Below, in pieces: positions 11,976 through 25,266 of a DNA stretch of 64,000 nucleotides. A model generated the notes under the pieces. That model searched no databases and was not told the DNA's origin. It worked only from the letters and a program-made list of their open reading frames with translations. The translations under genes were made by a program, and so were the position numbers. The stretch lies in the NCBI GenBank assembly GCA_036785375.1, contig JAWMAR010000008.1, positions 14,074,001 to 14,138,000 of the forward strand, written 5' to 3'. This stretch comes from Leucoraja ocellata (lineage: Eukaryota). Every line of letters starts with the position of its first letter. The first letter of the stretch is position 1.

Positions 11976-14900
11976 TCATAAACTGGGAGAACTAAATTTA
12001 AGTAATTTAGACCTCAGGATATGGTCATTAGCCTTGGAAACACTCCGAAGTGTCAGTTTTTCTGTGTAATAAATGTTTTTCTGCATTGTGCATTAATAGA
12101 GTTGTTTCATTCGGTTTTTGGGTCAATTACTTTTCCCAAGCAGCTGTCACAGTGTTGTGACACATTTCATGTGAATTCAAGCGTGGCAATCTCAATATTT
12201 GCAGATTACCCATTGTCGACACTGTAAAATCTGTTGAGATGTGATTCTCTGTGTTGAAATTTTAGTGATGGTCAGTAGTACCTTTGTGATAGGGTTCTCA
12301 ACTCTGAGTCTGAAGAGTCTAAATGTGAATTCAGAGTATTGTATATATACAGTACTTTCTGCCTTTCCAATCAAAGAGTCGGGAGCATTTATTTGCCATT
12401 TGCACCAGATATGAACCAGAACATTTAAACTCTTATTTGCTGCAGCTGTGCAGGCATGTTGAATGCAGCAACCAACAACAATAAATTATCAGTTATTCTA
12501 AGTAAACTAGATTATGATAGTGCAAAGATCAATGTGTATAGAACAATCATAATAGTGCAAAGCCCATGCGCGTTCGGTGCTGAGCTGGAGTTATGTTTAG
12601 GGTTGTGCATGGTTCTTGAACCTGTAGGTAATAATTCTTCTACCTGATGGCAATAGGTAGTAGAGAGTTTAGCCAGGGTTTCGTGGATCTTTTATGATAT
12701 TAGTTTCCTCTTGAGACACCACTTCCTGTAGATCCCAATGTCTACCACTTTCTGCAGCTTCCTTCATTTGTCAAGCATTTGAATTTCTGAACCACGCCAT
12801 GATACAATCAGTCAGTATGCTCTTCACTGTGCACCTGCAGAAGTTTGATACAGTATTCACCAGTATTCAACATCATGCAGTATCAAGTCAGAGATGCATC
12901 ATCTTTCAAATGAAAGCAAGGCCCTTGCTTAATGCCATTTCCCATTTTCAATGAAGGATTCTGCATTCACCCATAATATATCCTGAAATCAGTATGAGTA
13001 TTGCATTGCTGCTGGTGAGATTCTGTCAATGACAGCTATATTCTGCACAGTATCTTCTCCTTTGCTCCATCTACTGTATTGTACTTGAGTTTGACGATTA
13101 TTTTTATACCGGGTATATTGATAGCACACAAGACAAAGCTTTTCACTGTTCCTTGGTACACATGACAATAATGAACCTAAACCGAATGATGGCCTTGTTA
13201 ATAACTAAAATAGTTTTTTCCGAGCTTTACTTTTCAATTAGTTATTATAATTAGTTATTTTCGAGCTTTACTTTTCCATTACTGTGCATAGCAATCCTAG
13301 ATTACATTTGTAAAAATCTAGAATCCCAATGCCTGTGCTTTTTTTTATTAACTCCATTGTACTCCATTACTTATGCTGACATCATAACCCAGAATCCAAA
13401 GTCCACCAGAGCTCAAATACAAAGGACACAAGTTCAAGGCCTCAGCAGTATTATCCTGGTTACTGTCTAACTGTGCTTGGAGCCTCTAAAATCTGTCATC
13501 TAGGAATGAATTGTACCTCATACGCTTTAACCATAAGCAGCCACGCCTGAAACAACCCAAGCTCAGAAATTGCTTCTCTAAAGCATCCTGCCTCTTTCTC
13601 CTATTTTATCTACTTATTAATATCTATCCCTTTGACTCAGCATCTGATCATCAATCATATTGCTCTCAGAATCTGTTTCACATAACTTGCCTCCGGATAT
13701 TTTATTACGTTAGGTAAATCCAACTTCTTGTTGTACAGACAAACCCTTGCTGTGGGTTCATTATAAGTTAACCAATGTAAATAGGATGCACCTCCAGTGT
13801 ATGTCACTGTTCTGGGTGCAACAAAGAAATTATGGATTAAATTATGTCTGGAAAATCAGTAGCCGAGATTACATTTCTAGACTAGGCCCTGCTTGATCTA
13901 TCTTCCATTCAAATCATTTCTGTTATGGAATGGCTATTGGCCAGCCCAGATTTCCTCTGTGTGTTTCACTTGTGCAATACTTAATGTCTGGGTGATGAAG
14001 TTGTAAATCCACATGATAAATTTTCTAGAATTGAAGTTACAGGACCCATTGGTGCCAGGAGCAAGCGGGTTCGGAATGCTTGCTGTTAAAAATCAGCCAG
14101 ACCTTCTGCAGAATTTTGGCAATCTAATAATCATCACAAGACCTGCAATATGTTTTATAATGAGAAGATTGCTGGCAACCAAACTGTGACCTTTCTCCAG
14201 TGGCACGCACAGAACAAGAGACCATTCTGACTTCAACACACCAAAGGTAGTGGGGATATCCAACTTTCTCCCCTCAAAGCTGCTCTAGTTCTGGCCAATT
14301 GAAAGTTTAAAATCTGAGTTTCATAGCTTTTTGTTGATGGACAATTTCGTAGATATAGAAAGTAGTTGAATGGAAATAATATTTAGATCAAGAGTGATTT
14401 AATTGAACAGTGGAACAGGCTTGAGACCTACTTCTGGGCTGCTTTCTTGCAAGGAGGGAAGAATTTGACCACCAGGCATTCTAAATACATTCTGTTCAAC
14501 TTTCTTGTGATTGAATAAAGCTTGATGTGGAAGTCTTTATCATTTTGATCAGACAAAATAAGTGCAATGCATTCATAAAGTATTTGTAATGTAACTAATC
14601 AGAGATGCATGCACAGAACCCAAGTAGAAGCAACTGAACAATTTGAGGTGGAGAGGGAAGGGGATGATTGAAGAACTGCTGACATTCTTTTATCAGAAGT
14701 GGTCTTCCTAGACAGTTCTTCTAGATCAAGAATGATTTGCTTCCCGAGCTCCGAAATGACTTATGAGCCCAGCATGGCACTCACAGATTATATCACAAAT
14801 AGGGTGGGAGGTTGAATAGTTTGTGCTATTAGGATCTCCACTACTTCTTTTGTTTGAATAAATTCTTCCATGATCAGCTCCATTTTTAATCTTTTGCTAA

Positions 14901-15919
14901 TTGCACTGTGCTTACTGCCCGAGAAAGGTTGTAGTTTAGATGTCAATATAGAGCTTGTTGTAAAGCATATAGATATTGCCGGTTGTGATCAAAAGCTGTA
15001 ACAGTAGGGGCCTGGGAGCAGACGGTCTTCTCCCATGGTGAGAACTGTTGATTTCAGTAAAGATGAATTGAAGGAGATGTGGAATAAGTCCATGGCATCG
15101 TTATGCTCACTGCACTGACCTGCCACCCATGGATATTCCAGATTTAAAAAAAACATTACCTCAGGTCGACATGAACACTCATCATAACCTGTCTGATCAT
15201 AATCTTCAGAAACTTAGTGCGACCGCATCTGGCTCAATATTTTAAAACTATTCACTGTGGGTGCAGTTTGGATTCAATGATACTTTGATGTGCTATCATA
15301 ACTGCGGTAGGCTGTTTTGTACATGGCGGAAATTTTAGTTTAGTAATTGTGCATTGAATAACTCCCATGAGATCTAACTCAATTCTGTTATACAAAGGCA
15401 GGTCAGTCTGACCTGTGTTGATGGTGGAGGGGGATGAGAGGGGGTGATGAACAGAAACAGAAAAAAGATATTCTTAGTTAAATCCCTGGAGTCTGCTTCT
15501 CGGACCATCTGGAAATGTACGTTATAAATACATTCTTTGCTTATTTGCTTCATTTTTTAAACTTTGTTTTGTGAGTGAATACAACAATTTATGATCAACT
15601 TCCAAATTAGCAAAGCAAAAATAATTGGATAGTTCTTTCAAGGAGACATCATTGGTACGATAAACAGAATAGATTTTGTCTGACCTGTATTGTTTTGTGA
15701 GCTGCATCTTGAGTTAACTTTTTGAAAGCAGCATCCACTATCAAACCAACATTCCTTATTTTTCAATCACATCTGTTGACATAGAAACATAGAAAATAAT
15801 AGTTTAGATGGGTATTTTGGTTAGCTTGGACAAATTGGATAGAATGGCCTGTTTCCATGCTTTATGACTTAGAACCTGATGGTATTGGGTCTTTGAGTGT
15901 GCTTTACCATTCAATATAA

Positions 15920-16460
15920 TCATAGCGAGCCATCCAATTCAAGCTTAAGCTTGATCCCATAAGCCTTGATCTCTTTAGCTGTCAGGAATCTATCTAATTT
16001 CTTGAATATAATTACTAATTTTACTAGCTCTACTTTCTGAGGTAGATAATTCCTAAGTGAACCAATCTGAGAGAAGATTCTCCTCAACTGAGTCCTACAT
16101 TGATTATCCATCATCCTTAAATAGTGGCCCCTAACTCTGCACTTCCCTGATTTTGGGAACATCATTCCAGCATCTAACTAGTACAGTCCCAGTCCTGGTC
16201 ACAGTCGTAAAGCACAAAAACGGGCCCTTCAGCCCACCACGTGCATGCTGACCTCTTTTGCTCATCTACATGAATCCTGCTTGCCCACATCAGGACCATA
16301 TCCTCCAGTGCTTTATCAGTATAAGAATCTGCCTATGTGCCCTCTTGAATATATTATTGTACCTCCAACCAGTTCCTCCAACAGCATGTTCCAGATATTA
16401 ATCAGTCTCTAAAAACAACCTGCTCCTCAGATCCCCTTTAAATTCTCTTCCTCTCAGAAT
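15920..16460 (-). mobile_element. Two adjacent CR1-like LINE 3' fragments
   Basis: The minus-strand translation in the ORF track (MFPKSGKCRVRGHYLR…IFSQ…LPQKV…FKKLDRFL) matches the CR1 ORF2 C-terminal pattern. Confidence 0.65.
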
Positions 16461-16489
16461 AATACCTGAGACTGGTTATCAATAATTTA

Positions 16490-16712
16490 TTTAAGAAGGA
16501 ACTGCAGATGCTGGAAAATCGAAGGTACACAAAAATGCTGGAAAAACTCAGCGGGTGCAGCAGCATCTATGGAGCGAAGGAAATAGGTAACGTTTCGGGC
16601 CAAAACCCTTCTTCAGACTGAAGAAGAAGGGTTTCGGCCCGAAACGTTACCTATTTCCTTCGCTCCATAGATGCTGCTGCACCCGCTGAGTTTCTCCAGC
16701 ATTTTTGTGTAC
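16490..16712. mobile_element. Palindromic Penelope-like terminal-repeat insertion with two opposed hammerhead motifs
   Basis: About 95-bp inverted arms (16524-16617 vs 16618-16712). TSD tatcaataattta (16477-16489) / tatcaacaattta (16713-16725). Confidence 0.85.
16583..16620 (-). ncRNA. Minimal hammerhead ribozyme motif (Penelope type)
   Basis: The minus strand reads cagt-CUGAAGA-a-GGGuuuugGCCC-GAAACGUU-accuau: CUGANGA core, stem II, GAAA and a palindromic mini stem III. Confidence 0.65.
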
Positions 16713-17169
16713 TATCAACAATTTAGTTCAGTTTAATTTAGTTTGTTGTCACGTGTACCAAGGTACAGTGAAAAGCTTTTGTTGCATGCTAATCACTTAG
16801 CGGAAAGACCACACATGATTACAATTGAGCCAACCACAGTGCACAGATACACTATAAAGGAAAAAACGCTAAATTCCAGTGATGTCCAATTAAAGATAGT
16901 CCAAAGGTCTACCAGAGGGTGAGGGAAATAACTGGATATTAGGGAATGGAGGGGAATGGAGGTGGATGGGAAGATGGTGCTGAAGTAATCATGACCTTGT
17001 GTAATGGAACAGATTCAAGGGGATGCATGAACTCCTTGTGCTCCTGCCACTTTTTCTTATGTTGGCCTTTACATATAGTGAATTTACCAGTGATCTGTGT
17101 TTAATGTAGTATTCGCAGATATATGGTGTTCATAGATGTTCGTTCTGCTGACTTGACTTTTTAACATGA

Positions 17170-17382
<213 letters not shown>

Positions 17383-17485
17383 TAAGGTATTAATCAAAAC
17401 TTGTGAATTTTGGAAATGCTGCAGGGCTTTGTTAGGGATGAAACACTTGATCCCATACCATATGTGTGAATTGTGTCCCTAACTA

Positions 17486-17612
17486 CAGGCTGAAGAAGGG
17501 CCTCAACCAGAAACGTCACCTATTCCTTCTCTCTAGCGATACTGTCTATCCCGCTGAGTTACTCCAGGATTTTGGGTCTATCTTCAGTGTAAACCAGCAT
17601 CTGCAATCCCTT
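17486..17612 (+). mobile_element. Penelope-like terminal-repeat relic with hammerhead core
   Basis: CTGAAGA (17490)-agggcctcaacca-GAAACGTC, followed by the family's ccgctgagttactccag…ccagcatctgca sequence. Confidence 0.7.
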
Positions 17613-17777
17613 TCATACTCTTGAGATAGAAACTTGAGATAAAGAAATGAAACTGCTGTCAGCATGAAAAGCCTAGTTTCGATATTTTAGACGTTGAATT
17701 TCATGAATCAGAATGGAATTCTGAATTTGATATGGTGGACACCCAATCCAAACAAGACTAAGCCACCTTGGACTTTT

Positions 17778-17980
17778 AGATAGACACAAAGTGCTGGAGT
17801 AAATCAATGGGTCAGGCAGCATCATTGGAGATAAAGGATAGGTGACGTTTCAGGTTGGGATCCTTATTCGGATTCGTAATGTCTCCTATCCTTTTTTTTC
17901 CAGAGATGCTGCCTGACCCGCTGAGTTACTCCATCACTTTGTGTATATCTTTGTCTAAACCTGCATCTGCAGTTCCTACC
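17778..17980. mobile_element. Inverted pair of Penelope-like terminal-repeat relics
   Basis: gtgctggagtaaatcaatgggtcaggcagcatc is the reverse complement of gatgctgcctgacccgctgagttactcca. The centre is decayed. Confidence 0.7.
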
Positions 17981-18449
17981 TATCACACTTTAGACTTAAC
18001 AATGTTTAACTATTATTGGAAACACTCTTGGGACTTTTTGGGCATCACACATCTTGGTTTTCTTGTATTTAGTCTTTGCCAATTTTGCAGGTGTCAGCCA
18101 TTTTGAGAAATTACTGGCATAAAATGATTTGAAACTAAAAACTCCATTGTTTCCACATTATTGCATGAGTTGTTGGAAGAGGGACAATTCCTTAGGATGC
18201 ACTTGTGGTGTAAAGTGATATAGAGCTTTCTTCAGACTGTTCTCTGGCCAAAGACCAATATTTGTGGATCATTAGTGGAGATCTGTAATCTGCAACTCCA
18301 TTTCAAAAGTGAGACAGTGTCTGCTACAACTGCCTGGGTTCAGCAATTGGAATGCCCTATCTGTCAGCTGTATGGAATTAAGTCCTTACACGATGAACCA
18401 CTGCATGACAAACCCTACAGTAGCACATTCATAAAACATAAAATAATAA

Positions 18450-18673
18450 ACTACATGAACAGGCCTTTCGGCCCACAATATCTGTGGCAAACGATGCAAA
18501 AATAAACTAATCTAATCTGCTTGATAATCCATATCCCTCTGTTCCCTGCATATCCATGTGCCTATCTCAAAGCCTCTTAAACAACACTACTGTATCTGTT
18601 TCCACCACCAGGTCTGGAAGTGCGTTTTAAGGCACCCATCACCCTCTGCATTAAAAAAAACTTGACCCGCACA
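18450..18673 (-). mobile_element. CR1-like LINE 3' end, interrupted by Helitrons (resumes ~19712-19760)
   Basis: …cttgacccgcaca| joins |cctcctttaaaatttggtcctttcacctt, matching the reverse complement of the intact copy at 20801-20847. Confidence 0.75.
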
Positions 18674-19189
18674 TCTATCTATATCTATCTATATACTACT
18701 AAAAGTCTCATCTTCTATCTGTTTGTCTGTCGGTTGTCTGTCTGTCTGTGTTTGTGGGGGGACCTATGCCAAAATTACATCACAATGGAATCTCAGCTGC
18801 CACCAGACAATGACTGAGGGTAGGGAAAAGGAGAGGGAGGGCGAGGTGACAGAGAGACAAANNNNNNNNNNNNNNNNNNNNNNNNNNNNNNNNNNNNNNN
18901 NNNNNNNNNNNNNNNNNNNNNNNNNNNNNNNNNNNNNNNNNNNNNNNNNNNNNNNNNNNNNNNNNNNNNNNNNNNNNNNNNNNNNNNNNNNNNAGGGGGG
19001 TTGGTGTGTGCGGGGAGGGGGATTGTCACAACGGGAACCCGTCAGCCGTGCCTGCGCAGTTGGGGGCTATGGGTGAGTGGTGGAATATTGTGTTCGGGGA
19101 CTAGCCCTCCCGTGTGATGCTGTGTCCCCCCTCCCCCCTCCCCCCCTCACGTTGGGGAGACGGGGCTCAACGGGTCCCACTTGATCTAG
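18674..19189 (+). mobile_element. Non-autonomous Helitron (copy 2, second 5' subtype; spans gap)
   Basis: Starts a|TCTATCTATAT…ACTACTAAAAGTCTCATCTT. Ends ggggctcaacgggtcccacttgatCTAG|t. The 3' part is shared with copy 1. Confidence 0.75.
18862..18993. other. Assembly gap
   Basis: Run of N. Confidence 1.
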
Positions 19190-19191
19190 TA

Positions 19192-19711
19192 TCTATACAT
19201 AACTAAAACTGATCTTGTTAACTTCCGGTTTGGCGGTCATTCTATTTGCGGTTTGCAATAGCGCTACAAATTTTTGCCAGTTCATTCACCGTTCTCCTAT
19301 GCTGCGATTGCACCGTTTCGTTCGGATCGGTTGAATGTCGTAAAGGTTAGCGAGGTTTAAAAATCTTAAAAACTGAGCGTACGCAAATCGATCTCTTCTC
19401 CTGTCTTCCAGCGCCGCGCGGATTAGTCTCTACCCCTATCACTCCCCAGGATGGTCCGCCCCTTCCTGCGCCATCGCGTCTTTAGTGGAGCTGAGGATGG
19501 CCGGCCGGAGGTTTCCAACCAGACTTTCAGAAGGACCCGAAGCAACACTGCCCCAAGGAACAGCCCCGCACCCAGCAGCACTCCAGCCCAGACACCCCCC
19601 GTCCACATCCACACCCCCGCCCACACACACACACACACCCATTGCCTTGGGGGAACAGGTTGCGTTGGGGGTCCATGCCTCCCGTGTGAAGGGACCCAAC
19701 GGGTCCCACTT
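19192..19711 (+). mobile_element. Non-autonomous Helitron (copy 3; terminal CTAG lost)
   Basis: Starts a|TCTATACATAACTAAAACTGATCTTG. Homologous to the copy 1 5' module. Hairpin GGGACCCaacGGGTCCC at 19691-19707. Confidence 0.8.
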
Positions 19712-19999
19712 GCCTCCTTTAAAATTTGGTCCTTTCACCTTAATCCTATACCATCATGGCTTTGAAATTTCTGCATAAATTGTCCCAGGTTTGGAGGAAA
19801 AGCATCTCATAACTTTCCCAATTAAAAATAAATCATCAATTATTAAGTTGTGTAATTTTATGAACTATAAAATTTTAGTATTCTATTCAAAGAATACAAG
19901 TACCGCATTTCATTACCAATGGATTGGAAGAATGAATTCAACCCCAAAGGTGTGCAGCTATCTAGTGTATTGATTTTCTTTAGATAATTGCTGAATAAT

Positions 20000-21070
20000 C
20001 TGGTTAGGCGCATTTGGAGTACCATATACAATGCTAGGCGCCCCATTACAGGAAGGGTGTGAAGATTTTGGAGTGGGTGCAGAAGAGGTTTACCAAAATG
20101 CTGCCTGCATAGAAGATATTAGGTAAATTAGGTTGGCCAAACTTGGCTTATTTTTCCCAGTGCATCAGAGACTGGAGGGATACCTGATCGAACACTGCAG
20201 CACAGACAAAGACCCTTCGGCCCACAACATGATGCCAAGTTAAACTAATGTCATCTGCCTGCACATGATCCATATCCCTCAATACCCTACACATACATTT
20301 GCTTATCTAAGTCTCGTAAACAGCACTCTTGTATCTGCCTCCACCACCACCCTGGGGATGCCCTGCCCTTCTTGCCTTAGAGCTATGCCCTCTAGTCTTT
20401 GACACCTCTAACCTCCAGCCAACTGACCCACAGTCTCCTGTGCCTCCCTACCCTCCCACTCCTCCCCCCTCCATGCTCCATACCCGATTCCTCCTGGTCC
20501 CCAACCCCACACTAGATATTGCCCTCCCATCCCCTGCCCTCCCACCCTTCCTTGCTCCCACAGTGGCTGCATGCCCTCCTTCAGAGAATACATTCACCCT
20601 TCTACAACCTCCCCCCGTCCTATGACCCCTCTTTTACCATAACCAATCATCCACAAGTTTCATCCCCTACCATTTGAATGCTGACCCCTCTAATCCTCAT
20701 ACCCAACAGACAGTAAATAAAATTATGCGAGGCATTGATAGAGTAGATAATCACAACCTTTTTCTCAGGGTGGAAATGTCAGACTAGAGGGGAGAGTTTT
20801 AAGGTGAAAGGGGCAAACTTAAAGGAGATGTGCGGGGCAAGTGTTTTTAACATATTAAGGTGGGTGCCTTGTACGCACTGCCATGGGTGGTGGAGGTGAA
20901 GGCAGATATGATAGTGGCATTTAAGTAGATGTTAGATGGGCACGTGGATATACAGGGAATGGAGGGATGAGGATCACGTGCAGGCATAAGAGATTAGTTT
21001 AGCATGGCTTCATATTTGGCACAGACATTGTGGGCCGAAGGGCCTGTTCCTGTGCTGTACTGTTCTATGT
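20000..21070 (+). mobile_element. CR1/HER1-like LINE 3' portion with a nested inverted CR1 tail and C-rich insert (~20195-20710)
   Basis: LVRRIWST…VQKRFTKMLP-like start at 20000-20190. Resumes at ~20715 and ends with the gggccgaagggcctgttcctgtgctgtactgttctatg tail. Confidence 0.7.
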
Positions 21071-21124
21071 CCTAGAAATACAAAACTCAGAATACTCAGT
21101 AAAACTCAAGGACTTTTCTGAAGA

Positions 21125-21312
21125 GAGCCTGGGATTTTCTACATTCACCTGAGAGATCAGTTTGACATCTAATCCAAAACACATCACTTCAGTAATGCAG
21201 CCCTCTCTCAGTATTCACAGAGGTGTCAGCTTTGATTATAAGCCAATGCTATGCAATGGATTGAATTCAGACACCTTTGACTGAGAGATGAAAATGCAAC
21301 CAATGCTGAAGT
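21125..21312 (-). mobile_element. Ancient tRNA-derived SINE relic (SacSINE1/AmnSINE-like, Deu-domain class)
   Basis: Reverse complement matches the style of the + strand relic at 62630-62880 (gtactgagggag…). Decayed tRNA head at 21260-21312. Family assignment is from memory. Confidence 0.5.
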
Positions 21313-21556
21313 TGTCTGACTGTGTAGGTTCTCCCTCTAGAGTGCTGTGCACTACCTGTCAATGTGGTGGTCTGAGGCACCTATTTCCAACTCATATGTG
21401 GAAGGTTGTTATTATTTATGAGAGATCAGTTGAGCAACAGAATGCTGAATTTGATCAAGTTGTAGAACATTTTCACTGATACATTTATGTGAAGCTTTAT
21501 TGTACTGCAAGCAAATTTAAAAAATAACTGGCTAGTTTTACCTGTTTGGAATGTAA

Positions 21557-21697
<141 letters not shown>

Positions 21698-24600
21698 TGA
21701 ATTTTGTTCTGGGGAGAGGAGGTATAATACTTATAACCATTAGAGTTTGTTCGTTGAAAGCTTGTGCTGCCCCAGTTAAGACCGTCGTGTTTATCAGCGG
21801 ATTCCTGTGATATTTTTACTGCGGCGAAAGTAATTTCATGACGTAATAATGATGAGTTTCCTATTGATACTCTTTTCTAAATGTCTTTTGTCTGATGCAA
21901 AGCAAATCTGTGGTGAACTGGCACAACCTGTGCACAATGTGAATGTGTGATAATTGAATGGCCAAGAGCAAGAAGAGGGTGCACTTGATGATATACGCTG
22001 TGAGAGTGAGCAACTTAAGTTACATTATTTTTTAAATTCATTTATGTGGAGCTGGCTGTTTTCAGTCAGACTGCAGTTCAGTCAGAATGTTCATCTGCAA
22101 TAACAAAGTAATTTCTTAATGAACTTTAAAGGAGAAAACTTACTCCTTTGTTAGTTTGTCTAAATACATTGGATGGGATATCTCTTCTTGGTGCTCACTG
22201 GTAGTTGGGGACTCTATATTCTGCTCCAGCAAACCTGGCACACCAATGGTGACTCCCAGACAATGAAATCAAATCACAATTAGAATGTCCTCATTCTAAT
22301 TGTAAGTGACAAACAAGATAATCTCCATTTTCATGTAAATTGATACCATATTAGTGAAAGAAAGTTATGTTTTCTTGCACCTCTAGCCATTTCAGTTGTA
22401 CTTGTCAAAGTAGAATTACTGTTGGTGCCACGATGTTCGAAATGATTGATGGAACGTTCCTCTTCGCAGTATTTCCTGCAAAGAAACATGTGTGTTCACT
22501 CTGTTACTTTTTATGAACTTTTATGAATGAAAAGATTAAGCACATAGAACTCCCTGAACTTCCATTAGAAAATTCAAATTCAAATCATGTGATTCACATT
22601 GTGGTTTCCTCTCTAAGGCATATTTTGTCTGTCTGTAAGACAGGAGAGAAGCACTTGCTACAGGGATTGAAGCTATGAATTTATTAAGGTTTGTTGCTGG
22701 TGCATTCAGGAGCACCTGCAGGATCACTTGTCCTGTTCAGCTTTACAAGCAAAGTGACAACAGAAAAGATTTAACTGGTGACATTTCTACATTCTGCTCG
22801 ATACACATATTTGGTAACAATTCTAAACATGTGTTCATGAGGCTAAGCAACATTTTTTCCCTTTTCAAGGAAGGGTTAATTATAATTAATCCTATAAATC
22901 TTCAGGTGGGAATTCCATGGGATCAGGCTTTAAACACCAATTAATGTGTTGTATTTTGATTTTAATATAGAATAGAATCAGATAGGACATTGAACCAGCA
23001 TTGCACCAAAGCTTGTTGGTTCTCAAGGAGCTGGTCAGGCTAAATTTGAAAAATGCATCCTCATCACTTAGTGTGTAAGTAAATTTCTTGCGGAAAAGAA
23101 AACTTGTTTTTTACATTGATTTTAATCTCGCAAAGTGATGTAATCCAGATACACAATTTAAATGGCATAAACAAGACTTGTGAGTCATTTTCTAAAAACC
23201 TTGCACTGCTTGTGGTTTCTCTGTTTTTCAGTGAACTACCAGTCTCTGTGATGTTTGATATTTTCTAACAAACGAGCGTGCTGTCCAAGCCCAGTGACAC
23301 AGTTCAAGTCCATGTAGACTGTAGCCACTGGGATTTGGTGCCACCCGGTGAACAGCAATGAGCATTCAGTTAATTGTGTAGTACTATGCAGTTTAACATG
23401 TAATTTCTAAGGCACTTTCCAATTTAACATTTAACATTGAGGTTTGCTTTGGTCTTCCGCCCAAACCCACTTTTGCCAATTTTCTCAAACATTTATATTC
23501 AATCATCTTTCATTATCTTTAATGACCATTTAAAAAAAAAAAAAACAAAGTGTGCCAAAGGACTAAAGGCAGCATTTTTACTGCAGCTACCAGTCTACTG
23601 GATAGATTTTCATCATTTATATTTTTTGGCTGTAATTTGGTATCCTATGGCCAAGAGAGAGGCCCATGAATGCATACTTAGATCACACTCATGGAATTCA
23701 TCTCCTTGTCTGTAAATTATAATCCCATTGAAAAAATGGGTGATAATGTCCATAGAACCGAAACATAAGAAAAATATTTGTATATATGCTAAAGGAGATA
23801 GCCAGATGTCATAGAAGGTCTGAAGCACTTTTCAAAGCTCTTTGATACTGCACTGGTATGGTGTTCCTTATCTTATAAAACCTGTATTTGCAAATCTCTC
23901 TGGAGTTGACTTTGGCGCGTGTACAGTGGAGATCATTCCACACTGATGTACAAATGACTGTATGATGGATAGCGGGTATCAGGACTCCATGAGGACTGTC
24001 ATTGATATCATTAAGAAACCACTAAGAATAACCAAGGGGTGGATATATGTGGAGTATGAGTAAATTCAGCTCTCTCACACTATCAGTTCTAATTCTAGGC
24101 CAGTGTCCAAAGTTGGCAAAAATATAAAATGTATCTCGTTATATATAATATTCAGAACAAAAATAGATCAAAGTGGGTGGATGTAAAAAAAGGAGTATAC
24201 CCAGTCATGTTAATGTAAATATTTCTTCAAGTATAGTACAGGTATTACCTAGTCCATGTTTTAACATACGCTAACCCGTTTACATTCATAAATTGCAACA
24301 CTAATTCTATAGGCTTACCTGTGATTAATTTTATGCTCTGTGATTGCATTGACTTTGTTTTTAAACCGTTTCAGGCAAACATTCCACTGGAGTTGTTATT
24401 CATGGTTAATAAAAGTGTTGTAAGCATCCAAGAAACATTTTATGCATGGATCAGAATGTCTATAAAATGCAAATAAACACGAGCAATTTGTAAATCTTTG
24501 TAACATGGCCCATTGAAACATCTATTCAGCCAGTGCTCCTGAACCCAAACAGAAAATACTGAACAAATTCCGTTTTACACAAAAGCAATTAGACTGCCAA

Positions 24601-24879
24601 ATTACACCGTGTCTCTTGGGAAAACTTGGCAGAAGACTGAAATGTATTTATTATATGGAGATTTTTTTTTAAAGTAGGTAATTGTAAGATGGTTTAAATA
24701 TTTGGATGTGAGTTCTATACAGCGGCTTCTGGTTGTGATAATGATGATATATTGCCTAGAAGCTTGTAAAAAAGTGTTAGCATTGGTGTTACTGCCTCTG
24801 AATATGTTTAAAATGACTAGTTTATATAATTCCATGTGGGCACCACATCGGGGGGTGGGGGGAAGGCTGGGGTAGTAAA

Positions 24880-25005
24880 ATGGAGACGCAAGAAACTGCA
24901 AATGCTGAAATCTTGAGCAAAACATATAGTGCTGGAGGAATGTAGCAGATAACATCTGAATTGACAGACAACGTTTTGGGCTGGGACCATTCTTTAGACT
25001 GATGT
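24880..25005 (-). mobile_element. Penelope-like terminal-repeat relic
   Basis: gaaactgcaaatgctg…gtgctggagg…caacgttttgggctgggaccattctttagactg. Confidence 0.6.
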
Positions 25006-25266
25006 GAGTGGGGGGAGAAAGTTGAAAAAGAGGATTGATTGGAATAGTCGGGATAAAGCTTGACCGCTTGTTTGTAGGGCTCAACAGGGTTATGTCTGGT
25101 AAGTGGTTTCTCCAAGCTGAAGAGTCTGGTTGATGACTAGGCATCAGAGGGTTAGCCCATTAGAATTGAGATTAATTCACTGAATTAATCCTTACACTTC
25201 TCTAAGCATTTTACTATCAAGATTGCTGGCTGTAAAGGCTCAGACGTTGGTTGCACTCAAAAAATA

